A DNA stretch of 64,000 nucleotides from an uncultured Gemmatimonadota bacterium (GTDB lineage Bacteria > JAAXHH01), in the NCBI GenBank assembly GCA_951812955.1, contig OX638340.1, positions 1,920,001 to 1,984,000 of the forward strand, written 5' to 3'. Positions 53,519-62,801 of this stretch are shown piece by piece (position 1 is the stretch's first letter; each line of letters opens with the position of its first letter). Both the position numbers and the translations under genes were made by a program. Below the pieces are notes generated by a model. That model had not been told where the DNA came from. It saw only the letters and a list, made by a program, of their open reading frames with translations, and ran no database searches.

Positions 53519-54586
53519 ATGATAATTCGCTTTAGCATACTGCTTCTGTTTATTGCGCTTCTCGCTTGCGAAGGAAAACCGGGTCCAACCGGCTCCTCAG
53601 GATCTAGAGGTCCCGCTGGACCACAGGGATCTGTGGGATCAATTGGGCCAATTGGACCCCAGGGTGAAACTGGACAGACCGGCGCCCAGGGCCCGGCGGG
53701 ACCGCAGGGGTCGGCAGGCGAACCCCTGAACTGGGCGGACGTGATCGAGGAAGGGAATATTGACGAGGCCGTTTATGCGATCGGTGTTCGAGTACGTGGA
53801 CAAAACTACGTGCTGGGATCAGGATTCGTTGCTCACTTTACGAACGCGATTTGGACCAATGCCCACGTTGTTGAAGCAGTAATCTCCGAGATCAGATCTA
53901 TTGCATATCTCGATCCGAGACCATTTGCCGTAAAATCGGGAACGGTGGTCGGCGGATCGGATACGTATTGGTTGAACACATACCGCCTTCATCCTAATTA
54001 CGATGGCACGACAGTATCGCCAGATGTGGCGTTGTTGATAATCGATGCGAGCCTGACGGGCCTTCCTTCTTTCTTGCCAAGAGACCACATCCATGGACTG
54101 CGCGTGGGACAACCGATAGCTACAATGGGGTTCCCCGGTGAGCTTTCGGAAACTCCAAAAGAGGTTCCGATAGCTACCTTCAAAGAGGGTACCATCAGCG
54201 CGATGCGTCCCTTCGCGGATGTAATCGCCACCCCAGAAAACAGTCGAGTCATCCAACATAACCTGGACTTGACTGGGGGTACGAGCGGCAGCCTCATCTT
54301 TGACCATGAGGGATTCATCATAGGGATAAACCACGCTGGGTATGAAAGGATTGTATACGACGTAAATGGAAATCCTCAACGTGTACCTACGGGTAATATC
54401 GGACTTGGTATCCGGGTAGATGAGATGTGGAGTCTTTTCGATCAGACTAGAGTGCGCCGGACGGCACCAAAAGTCGCGGGAAGGACCGCAAGCACCGTGT
54501 TGGAACTCCTCCCTTCAAGAGACTATCCGCATTCTACCTATCAACCTTTCCCCGTAAACTGGAACGGAGAGACTGTTGTGCCTTAG
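53519..54586 (+). CDS. lipoprotein with collagen-like (GXY)17 repeat fused to trypsin-like serine protease domain (Trypsin_2/S1)
   Basis: Lipobox 'LLAC'; 'GKPGPTGSSGSRGPAGPQGSVGSIGPIGPQGETGQTGAQGPAGPQGSAGEP'; catalytic-triad motifs 'WTNAHVV', 'DVALLII', 'GGTSGSLIF'; AT-rich. Confidence 0.7.
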   Translation: MIIRFSILLLFIALLACEGKPGPTGSSGSRGPAGPQGSVGSIGPIGPQGETGQTGAQGPAGPQGSAGEPLNWADVIEEGNIDEAVYAIGVRVRGQNYVLGSGFVAHFTNAIWTNAHVVEAVISEIRSIAYLDPRPFAVKSGTVVGGSDTYWLNTYRLHPNYDGTTVSPDVALLIIDASLTGLPSFLPRDHIHGLRVGQPIATMGFPGELSETPKEVPIATFKEGTISAMRPFADVIATPENSRVIQHNLDLTGGTSGSLIFDHEGFIIGINHAGYERIVYDVNGNPQRVPTGNIGLGIRVDEMWSLFDQTRVRRTAPKVAGRTASTVLELLPSRDYPHSTYQPFPVNWNGETVVP

Positions 54587-55153
54587 TACTTCAGCAGAAT
54601 CGTAGATGTTTCGAACCCCGCAGGCGTCCAACGGTTTTAAATTTAAAGTACCAGTCGCCAGCGGGGTTTTCTATTGGACGTGGTCGGTATCAGACCGTCA
54701 TACCGCTCAAGGTTTTCATTTTCTGTCGGTGATAATTCAAACCCAAAAAAGATACGATTAAATCCTAACAAAACAGACTATGCCTAAAAGATATCAGCTC
54801 TGCTGCGTGTAATTCGTATCATGGCAGGTACCCGATCGTATATGCCATAGATCGATCATCTTAATGAGGCAGGAAAAGGGACGGTTTCAGTGGATGGTAT
54901 CCCGAATGTAAACTCGGAAGAACGGATTTCGCCTTCTAATGACGTTCTTGCAGTGGATATTGACGCTCCCTGAGAAAATGGTGGACCAACACGGTATCGG
55001 CGTCATCCGCACGGCGTCCTTCTTGCTGGCCAACGGAGAGCGAAGCGAGATGCCGGTAGCCGGCCCTCGCACTAGCCTGGGGTGGTGTCGAGCCACTCCC
55101 TGACGGCACCCACTGCTTCAACCCTACACGCAGATCAAGGCCGAGGCCCGGCG

Positions 55154-56524
55154 CTATTCCGGCTGACCGACCTCGCTTCTCGACAACCGATAGGTCGCGT
55201 ACATCAACCCGGATAGCAACACCAGCACCAGGCCGGTGCCGACGAGCAATGCGTATTCGTCTACGAGCAAGAGCAGATACAGGACCGTGTAGAGCGTCGC
55301 AAGCACGACGGACACGTATGCCGTGCCCCGGCCGGACCTGGAGGCGGCAGCGACGTATATTCCGTTCATCGACGTGATAAGCGCGGCCGCGATCAGGTAG
55401 CCCCATCCGAAACCGATGTGCTCGGCCAGCGACAGCAGCGCGAGAAAGAACACGACGAGGCCAATGCCCACCACGCCGAATTGCACGATGTGAAAGCGGA
55501 TGCCGGTAATCAGTTCTATGCATACCACGCTGATCATGGTGAAGACGATAAACAGAATACCGTATTGCAGGCTGCGGGTCACGGAACGATAGATGTCATC
55601 GGCCTTGAATACGCTGAATCCGACCCCTTCCCGGTATTCAGATGGAGCAGTCGCGTTCCGGCGGCCCGGTTCCGTGAAGGATTCGCCGCGGGTCGTGAAA
55701 GGCAGCATTTCGGCGGCACCGCGACCGTACGCGTCCAGAACGCGTGAATAACCTCTGGCGAGCCTTCCCGTGGTCCACTCGGCCGTGAAACCGCTGTCGT
55801 CCACGGTGTGTTCATCCGGCAGTATGCGACCGTCGAAGCTTGGATGGGGCCACGTCGACGTCATCGTGATACGCGTCTCGTCTCCCACGGGTTCAATGCC
55901 GAACCGCTCGGTCCCACGAAACGTGAGAGCGAGCTGAAACGTACGGTCCCACGTCATTCCGGCAAGACGCACCGGAGCCTGCACCCCTTCGCCAATCGTG
56001 TCGAAACCGGTACCGGACTCCAGATCGACCGGGATGTCGCCGAGTCTCAACGTTCCTTGCTGAATGCCCCGGGTGTCCGACACGCCCACTAGAACCGTCA
56101 TACGGTCCAGGATGATTTCACCGTACTGGTTCTGCAATTCCGAAACGTCGAGATCGGGGAATTCGCCGGTGGCGTCCAGGGACGCGGTGAAGACTGGTAC
56201 GTCGAAGATCCCTCTGGAACGGATTTCGTACGTACTGTTCAGTTCCGCGCTCAGTTTGTCGGGCATGACGAAGATATGCGGTTCGCCATCGGGGTAGCCC
56301 TCTCTGTCGTCGTCCTGGGGAGGGTTGTAGGGTATAGCCAGGATCGGTCCGACGATGGTCTGCGGCCCCGACCATGAATGACTGACGTTCGTAAGCGCCT
56401 CGTCCTGGTATCCGCTGCGGTCCATCACCACGACATTAAGCAATGCCCACGGGATCATCAGGCCGACGATCAGGATGATCGCGATCAGGAATCGAATGGT
56501 TGTCGACGAAGTATTGATTTGCAT
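55154..56524 (-). CDS. creD: cell-envelope integrity inner-membrane protein CreD family
   Basis: N-terminal TM, large periplasmic domain, C-terminal 5-TM bundle typical of CreD. Confidence 0.7.
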   Translation of the reverse strand: MQINTSSTTIRFLIAIILIVGLMIPWALLNVVVMDRSGYQDEALTNVSHSWSGPQTIVGPILAIPYNPPQDDDREGYPDGEPHIFVMPDKLSAELNSTYEIRSRGIFDVPVFTASLDATGEFPDLDVSELQNQYGEIILDRMTVLVGVSDTRGIQQGTLRLGDIPVDLESGTGFDTIGEGVQAPVRLAGMTWDRTFQLALTFRGTERFGIEPVGDETRITMTSTWPHPSFDGRILPDEHTVDDSGFTAEWTTGRLARGYSRVLDAYGRGAAEMLPFTTRGESFTEPGRRNATAPSEYREGVGFSVFKADDIYRSVTRSLQYGILFIVFTMISVVCIELITGIRFHIVQFGVVGIGLVVFFLALLSLAEHIGFGWGYLIAAALITSMNGIYVAAASRSGRGTAYVSVVLATLYTVLYLLLLVDEYALLVGTGLVLVLLSGLMYATYRLSRSEVGQPE

Positions 56525-56688
56525 CGTAGTGCATTTCCCTTCATGGCGGCGACGTTCCTGCTATGACAATGGCGTCTGTATCAGTGAATTAGACGAAGGA
56601 CCCGGGAGATCGTTCCTTCTCCGCGACAAAGCCGGTCCGGTTGTTCAATTCGTCGCAGTTGATCCGTGTGGTTGGTTTTCAGGGCGGG

Positions 56689-58011
56689 CTAGATGTATCG
56701 TACCCAACTGCTGGGCCGGCGGGATTTGAAACGGCGGAACCAGAGGCACACGGGATAGAGCAGGACCAGCACGGCCAGGGCGGCCAGGTAGGCGGCGCCT
56801 ACACCTTGATTCATGAACATGCCCATGGCCAGCGCACTGAATATCAAAATGTGCATATGAATCAAGTAGAAGAAAAAGGCGGTCTGACCGAACACAAGCA
56901 GCGGATTCCAGGCTCTTGCCGGTCTTTTCATCGTCCGCTGGTATCTGAAGAAACCCCACAGGAACAGGGCCATCAGTCCCAACTCGAGCAACGCAAACGT
57001 CAGGCTGGGCGGGTACTTGTTGACATGCAGCCATTGCACCAGCGAGAAGTCTTCACGCAACAGCAGCATATTCCCATAGCCATTCCAGGCGCGAAACAGC
57101 ACAAACAGACCCAATGCCAGCATGCCCGCGATGAGCAGCAGGCGTTCGACAGACATCGGCGACCGGGCGTTCGGACGTTGCGGCGTTGCGGCGGTAGGCA
57201 CCGGTTCGACGGGTACTGCGGCGGTCAGGCGTTGCAGCAGGAACCGGCCAAATAGCCAGCCCAGTATCATCATCCCCAGCCAAGGCACAAAAGGATACTG
57301 TACCCACAAGGGTATGGGGCCGATCTTGACCAGCAGTCCCGGATGGAAAAAGGGGTTGAAGATGCTCATCCAGCCCAGGTTTCGGACCTGGGCGGCCGCG
57401 TCGTTCATCGCATCCTGATCGAATTCCCCATCCGGAACCGGCATATTCGTCACCTCGCGAATCATGTCGGCTGTAACACCCCCCAGATGCATGATGCCCC
57501 AGAACAGGGCCTCGTACAAAAACAGGATCGCCAGCGCGGTGATCAACAGGGTGCGGGTGGACAGGCGCCGCAAGGGGATCATGCAGATGAGACCCATGCC
57601 GATGGCGAAGAGGACCTGCAGCGAAAACGGTGCCCACCACAGCAGTTCAAAAGCCAGGATGACGAGCGCTCGTTTGAAAAGGTGCCAGTCCAGGTCGCGG
57701 TCGCGAGCTCCCACCAGGCGGCGCCGTTCGAAACTCAGCGCCACCGCGGTTCCGGCCAGAAAGACGAAGGTAGGCGCGCACAGGTGGGTGATCCAGCGGG
57801 TAAAGAACTGGGCGGCGGGCAGTTCGGATCCCGCCTCGTGCGCGAACCACGAATCGTCCCCGAGCCGGCCGCCGTTAAATGCAAGGCTGGCGTGGTCGAT
57901 GGCCATCAGGACCATGACGAGGCCGCGCATCCAGTCGATGGCTGCCAGGCGGTTCGCGTCCGTGGTTAACGGCCTCCCGGGATCAACGGCGTTCTTGACA
58001 CCAGTAGCCAT
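56689..58011 (-). CDS. DUF1624/acyltransferase-3-like polytopic membrane protein
   Basis: 'IDWMRGLVMVLMAIDH' N-terminal motif of DUF1624/HGSNAT-like proteins. Confidence 0.5.
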   Translation of the reverse strand: MATGVKNAVDPGRPLTTDANRLAAIDWMRGLVMVLMAIDHASLAFNGGRLGDDSWFAHEAGSELPAAQFFTRWITHLCAPTFVFLAGTAVALSFERRRLVGARDRDLDWHLFKRALVILAFELLWWAPFSLQVLFAIGMGLICMIPLRRLSTRTLLITALAILFLYEALFWGIMHLGGVTADMIREVTNMPVPDGEFDQDAMNDAAAQVRNLGWMSIFNPFFHPGLLVKIGPIPLWVQYPFVPWLGMMILGWLFGRFLLQRLTAAVPVEPVPTAATPQRPNARSPMSVERLLLIAGMLALGLFVLFRAWNGYGNMLLLREDFSLVQWLHVNKYPPSLTFALLELGLMALFLWGFFRYQRTMKRPARAWNPLLVFGQTAFFFYLIHMHILIFSALAMGMFMNQGVGAAYLAALAVLVLLYPVCLWFRRFKSRRPSSWVRYI

Positions 58012-58079
58012 TCGGATTGCTCTCTATCGTTGAAATTGGATTTCATCTCTGATTCGATCGGAGTTGCCATCCAATTGGC

Positions 58080-59429
58080 CTACAACAGGGACATGTAGGT
58101 TTTCAGTTCGTAGTCGGTGACCTGCGACCGGTAGCGTTCCCACTCTTCCTGCTTGTTCTCGATCAGTTTGTCGAAGACCTCTTTGCCAAGACATTCCACC
58201 AGCAGCTCGCTTCCTTCCGCCAGTTTGATCGCCTCGTTCAGGTCCTTGGGCAGGGACTTGATGCCCAGTTGCCGCCGTTCTTCGTGGGACATGCTGTACA
58301 AGTCGGTTTCAGCGGGCGGACCGAGTTCGTATCCGTTTTCGATGCCCGCAAGGCCCGCCGAAAGGATGACGGCGAAGGCCAGGTAGGGATTGCAGGAAGG
58401 ATCGGGAGCGCGGTACTCCACGCGCATGGCTTCGTGTTTCGCGGGGTTGTAGGTGGGCAGCCGGATCATGTCCGCGCGGTTGTGCAGTGCCCAGGAGACG
58501 AAGAGGGGAGCTTCGTATCCCGCGATCAGGCGCTTGTACGAGTTCACCCACTGGTTCGTGACCAGCATGGTCTCGGGGGCGTGGCGCATCAGCCCGGCGA
58601 TGAAGGCCCGACCCGTGTCCGACAGGTGGTGTTCTTTGTCTTCGTCGAAAAAGGCGTTCGTATCGCCACGGAACAGCGAAAGGTGTATATGCATCCCGCT
58701 CCCGTTGTGGCCGGCGTGGGGTTTGGGCATGAAGGTGGCGTACACGTTGTGCCGGAGGGCTACTTCCTTCACCACCAGGCGGTAGGTCATGGTGTAGTCC
58801 GCCATGGTCATGGCGTCGGTATATCGCAGGGAGATCTCGCTCTGGCTGGGGCCGCCCTCGTGGTGGCTGAACTCGACGCCGATACCGACCTCCTCCAAGG
58901 CCATCACGGTGTCGCGTCGCAGGTCGGTCGCCCAGTCCAGGGGGGTCAGGTCGAAGTAGCCGCCCCGGTCGAGGGGCTGGGGCGGACCTTCGCTGGACTT
59001 GAGGTAGTAGTATTCCAGTTCTGGCTGGACGTAGAAGGTAAACCCGTGCTCCGCCGCGCGCTGTAGGCTTCTTTTCAGGATCTGGCGTGGATCGCCTTCG
59101 TAGGGCCCGGCGCCATCCGGATCCAGGATATCGCAGAACATGCTGCCCACGGCGCTCTTCCTCGCATCCGGGCGCCAGGGGAGGACCTGGAACGTGCTGG
59201 GATCCGGCATGGCGATCATGTCCTGCTCGCTGTGCCGGATGAATCCCTCGATAGACGAACCGTCGAAGACCTCGCCGTCCTTCAAAGCGTCTTCCAGTTC
59301 CTCCACCGTAATGGAGAAACTCTTCAGAAAACCCAGTATATCCGTAAACCACAACTGGATGATCTTAACGTTGTGTTCCTGGGCCGTATGGAGTACGTAG
59401 TCCTTCGCCGCATCCGATGTGTCGCTCAT
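58080..59429 (-). CDS. glnA: glutamine synthetase (type I-like)
   Basis: Beta-grasp 'HNVKIIQLWFTDILG', 'NGSGMHIHLSL' ammonium/ATP site motifs. Confidence 0.8.
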   Translation of the reverse strand: MSDTSDAAKDYVLHTAQEHNVKIIQLWFTDILGFLKSFSITVEELEDALKDGEVFDGSSIEGFIRHSEQDMIAMPDPSTFQVLPWRPDARKSAVGSMFCDILDPDGAGPYEGDPRQILKRSLQRAAEHGFTFYVQPELEYYYLKSSEGPPQPLDRGGYFDLTPLDWATDLRRDTVMALEEVGIGVEFSHHEGGPSQSEISLRYTDAMTMADYTMTYRLVVKEVALRHNVYATFMPKPHAGHNGSGMHIHLSLFRGDTNAFFDEDKEHHLSDTGRAFIAGLMRHAPETMLVTNQWVNSYKRLIAGYEAPLFVSWALHNRADMIRLPTYNPAKHEAMRVEYRAPDPSCNPYLAFAVILSAGLAGIENGYELGPPAETDLYSMSHEERRQLGIKSLPKDLNEAIKLAEGSELLVECLGKEVFDKLIENKQEEWERYRSQVTDYELKTYMSLL

Positions 59430-59799
59430 GCCTCACCTGTCAGAGTTTCCAGACTGGCTACTTGGACGGCTTTACCTTTCTTTTTCTCTTCATCTGGCGG
59501 ACCGCGGCCTTGCGCCTCTGTTCCTTGCGAAACCGCTGTCTCCGTAGTTCCTTCTGGCGTTCACGCATATCCACTCCCTGGTACATGTCCCGGCTCTACG
59601 GCCCGGACGGTATAATGGGCTCCCGACGATCCTGATCACGGGGATCCTCGCGGAGGTTCTACGGCTGTTTTTTTTATCAGTTTGTCATTGATTGCAGCTT
59701 CAAGGACGATTATACAATCTAAACCGGACCAACAGTCCGGGCAATCAGTTTCTCGCTCGCTTAACACACCATGAGTCCTTCTTCCGATCGGAGCCTTTC

Positions 59800-60786
59800 G
59801 TGAACCAGGTACGCCTTCTATCCAGGTCGGATATGGCTTCCGTCCTCGCCATGCCGGATGTGATCGAGGCCGTGGAAGAAGGATTTCGCTCCGTCGGCGA
59901 GAAAGATCACGTCCCCGTCCGCCTGCCCGTCCGGGTGGCGGACCGGCCCGCGGTCGCGCTCTTCATGCCGGCCTACCTGCATGGTTCGCATACGCTGGGC
60001 GCCAAGGTCGTTTCCGCGTTTCACGACAATCCATCCAGGGGCCTTCCCATGATCACAGGGTTTTACGTCCTGTGCGACGCGGAGACCGGCCGGCTCATCG
60101 CCCTCATGGACGCCACTTTCCTCACCGGTATTCGGACGGCGGCCGCGTCCGCGGTGGCCACGAAGTACCTGGCCCGCGAGGATGCGAAGGTACTGGGCAT
60201 AATCGGAACGGGCGTTCAGGGCCGGTTCCACGTAGACGCGATCGCGGCGGTCCGCCCTATTGAACGGGTCGTCGCGTACAACAGGACGGCCGAGCGGGGA
60301 CGCGCATTCGTGGAAGGCCTTCAATCCCGGGGGATATCCTGCAGGCTGGCGGACACCGCCGCCGAATGCGCGGCCGAAGCGGACGTGCTGGCGGTCTGCA
60401 CTTCCGGCAAGACCCCCCTCTTCGACGGCGAACTGGTCCGTCCCGGTACGCACGTGAACGCCGTGGGCGTCTTCACCGCCGACTCGCAGGAACTGGACGT
60501 CACGTTGATACAGCGGGCCCGCGTCTTCGTAGATACGTTCGAAGGCGCGTTCGAGGAAGCGGGCGACATCATCGTTCCCCTGCGGGCGGGCGACATCGAT
60601 AGGGATCACATCCTCGCGGAATTGACCGAACTCGTTACCGGCCGGAAGGCCGGACGGACAAACCGTGAAGAGATCACGGTGTTCAAGTCCGTGGGATACG
60701 CCATGGAGGACGCGGTCACTGCAAAGCTGGCCTATGAGCGGGCATCGGCCGCCGGGACCGGGTCCGTCTTCGACCTGGAAGCATGA
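59800..60786 (+). CDS. ornithine cyclodeaminase/mu-crystallin family protein
   Basis: 'GIIGTGVQGRFH' NAD motif; GTG start chosen at VNQVRLLSRSDM. Confidence 0.7.
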   Translation: MNQVRLLSRSDMASVLAMPDVIEAVEEGFRSVGEKDHVPVRLPVRVADRPAVALFMPAYLHGSHTLGAKVVSAFHDNPSRGLPMITGFYVLCDAETGRLIALMDATFLTGIRTAAASAVATKYLAREDAKVLGIIGTGVQGRFHVDAIAAVRPIERVVAYNRTAERGRAFVEGLQSRGISCRLADTAAECAAEADVLAVCTSGKTPLFDGELVRPGTHVNAVGVFTADSQELDVTLIQRARVFVDTFEGAFEEAGDIIVPLRAGDIDRDHILAELTELVTGRKAGRTNREEITVFKSVGYAMEDAVTAKLAYERASAAGTGSVFDLEA

Positions 60787-61769
60787 AGCGCGTTCTGATC
60801 ATCCGGTCCGGCGCGGTCGGCGACCTGATCCTTACCCTGCCCGTGCTCTCCGCGCTGAAGAAGCACTACGAAGGCCTGTCCATCGACATGATGGGCGATC
60901 CGGTCCGCCTGGCCCTGCTTAAGCATTGCGGCTGCGTGGACAACGTGCTTTCAATTGACGACCGCGTATTCACCCCGTTGTTCGCGCCGAGTGGTGCACC
61001 CTCGGGCCCCGGGTTGCACAGCCTGCAGTCTTACGAAGCGATCATTTCCTACCTTCCTGATGCAGACGGAGTGTTTGAGGATAACCTTCGAAAATTCGTG
61101 GGCGGTCCAGTGCTGACAGGGCTGTCCCGTCCCCCCGAAGGCCGTAGAATCCACATGACCCATGTGCTGATGGACGCCCTGGAGCCCCTGGGAGTGGACG
61201 CCATCGCCGATCCACCCGAGATCGACCTTCCTTTGGGCGCGGCAGCGGAGGATGTCTCACACCTGGCTTCGGACAGAACGCCCATCGCCATCCATCCAGG
61301 CAGCGGCGGACCCGCGAAATGCTGGCCGGCAGAGCGGTTCGTGGCGCTGATCGAATGCCTTGTCGGCTTGGGCTACATGCCAGTCGTCACCTTCGGTCCC
61401 GCCGACGACGCGGTACGCCGTCGCATACTCCCGCGCATCTCGGATAGCGACGTGCTTATCGTGGAGAACCGCCCGCTCGTCGACATGGCCGTCCTCTATG
61501 GCCGATGCCGGGCGATGATCGGCAACGATTCCGGCATGACCCACCTGGCCGCGGCGACGGGCACGCAGGTCATCGGCCTTTTCGGACCGACCGATCCGGC
61601 CGTTTGGGGTCCCAGGGGGAAAAGTGTGAGGATTTTGTGGGGGAAGGAAGTGATTGAGGAAGACGTGGGAGCGGCGAGGTGTACGGATGTGTTTTATGTC
61701 AGAAGGTTGAAGGATATAGCCGTGGGGTCAGTCCTGAACAAACTGGCGGTTCTGCAAACTCCAACCTGA
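60783..61769 (+). CDS. glycosyltransferase family 9 (LPS heptosyltransferase-like)
   Basis: 'IHPGSGGPAKCWP', 'GNDSGMTHLAAATGTQVIGLFGPTDP'; ATGA overlap with upstream stop. Confidence 0.75.
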   Translation: MKRVLIIRSGAVGDLILTLPVLSALKKHYEGLSIDMMGDPVRLALLKHCGCVDNVLSIDDRVFTPLFAPSGAPSGPGLHSLQSYEAIISYLPDADGVFEDNLRKFVGGPVLTGLSRPPEGRRIHMTHVLMDALEPLGVDAIADPPEIDLPLGAAAEDVSHLASDRTPIAIHPGSGGPAKCWPAERFVALIECLVGLGYMPVVTFGPADDAVRRRILPRISDSDVLIVENRPLVDMAVLYGRCRAMIGNDSGMTHLAAATGTQVIGLFGPTDPAVWGPRGKSVRILWGKEVIEEDVGAARCTDVFYVRRLKDIAVGSVLNKLAVLQTPT

Positions 61770-61805
61770 GGGATAGTTAGCGTTACCGATTTGGTTTGAG
61801 CAGAC

Positions 61806-62798
61806 CTAGGGCCTGAAGGACCACGTGGCCTTACCCGTCCTCTCCACGGTAAGGCGGCACGCGGGACCAAAGGTATGGGTCGTGGTTACGGAAACAGACT
61901 GCGTTTCCATGGTAAAGGCGCTGATGCCTCCGACGCTTCCGGTTCCTCCGCCCACTCCATTTTGCCCTGTTCCATCGCGGTCTTCTTCCTGCAGCATCCG
62001 TTCCACTACGATTTCGAGATCGGGACCGCGGAACTTATTCCGATCAGGGGAAGTTTTTGGCTCGTCCCCGGTTTCTCCATTCTTCCCAAGGTCCCGGTCG
62101 ACTCTATTCACACGCTCTAAACCATCCCGTCCCACCGGCGCTTCGTGTCCAGCCTCTTCCCGGGCATATCCGAATATATCGAGCTCCGCTTCGAGCAAAT
62201 CGGCCTCATCGGGGGGCAGGGTCACGGTCACCGACGTGATATCCCGGAAGAGCCGGTCAGGCAGGTCGTCACCGATGGCGGAACGGTAGCGGGTCAGGAA
62301 CCTGCTTCGGGCGATGCCGGGGGTACCCGCGCCTGGCATCCCGGGGGGAAGATCGGGCGCCCAGTGGGCCAGGAACCCCGGGTTGTACTCCATTACCCAG
62401 GAAATCAACCGGGCATCGTCCGCGCGCGGAACCTCGACGGACCAGAACCAGGGGATGTCCTGGTCCCTGTACCTTCTGTTGCGCCTGTAACGCCTCACTT
62501 CGACTTCCGTGGCCTGTTTCAGCCGGCGCGCTAACTCTTCCGACCCGCCTTCCGACTCAATGCCGAATGCCAGGCCGTCGCGGGGTGCCCAGGAAGTCTT
62601 CTCCGGATTCATGAACTCGAAATAGGTCTGGCGGCCGTAGTAGTAGCGGCCGGTCCACGACATGCCCGTGGCCTGATCGTGGGTCGTACGTTCTTCCGAA
62701 CAGGCGAAGTGTTCGTTCAAGAACCCGGACGCGGACAGGGCGCGGTAGGTGTCCCGGTCGACGAATACGAGCAGGTGGTTCAGATAGACGGAATGCAT
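61806..62798 (-). CDS. hypothetical protein
   Basis: 330-aa ORF, no recognisable motifs; coding strand inferred from length and operon context with sulfatase. Confidence 0.45.
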   Translation of the reverse strand: MHSVYLNHLLVFVDRDTYRALSASGFLNEHFACSEERTTHDQATGMSWTGRYYYGRQTYFEFMNPEKTSWAPRDGLAFGIESEGGSEELARRLKQATEVEVRRYRRNRRYRDQDIPWFWSVEVPRADDARLISWVMEYNPGFLAHWAPDLPPGMPGAGTPGIARSRFLTRYRSAIGDDLPDRLFRDITSVTVTLPPDEADLLEAELDIFGYAREEAGHEAPVGRDGLERVNRVDRDLGKNGETGDEPKTSPDRNKFRGPDLEIVVERMLQEEDRDGTGQNGVGGGTGSVGGISAFTMETQSVSVTTTHTFGPACRLTVERTGKATWSFRP

Positions 62799-62801
62799 GG
62801 C

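Noticed and set aside
54596-54640. Possible tRNA 3' fragment (GGGGTTCGAAAC) at the edge of the AT-rich islet
   Set aside because: No acceptor/T-stem complementarity could be built by eye; only a TTCGAA-like word is present.
58269-59352. 265-aa plus ORF and 347-aa minus alternate-frame ORF inside glnA
   Set aside because: Alternate-frame or antisense ORFs; the glnA frame carries GS signature motifs.
59818-60609. 263-aa minus ORF inside the ornithine cyclodeaminase gene
   Set aside because: Antisense shadow ORF, no motifs.
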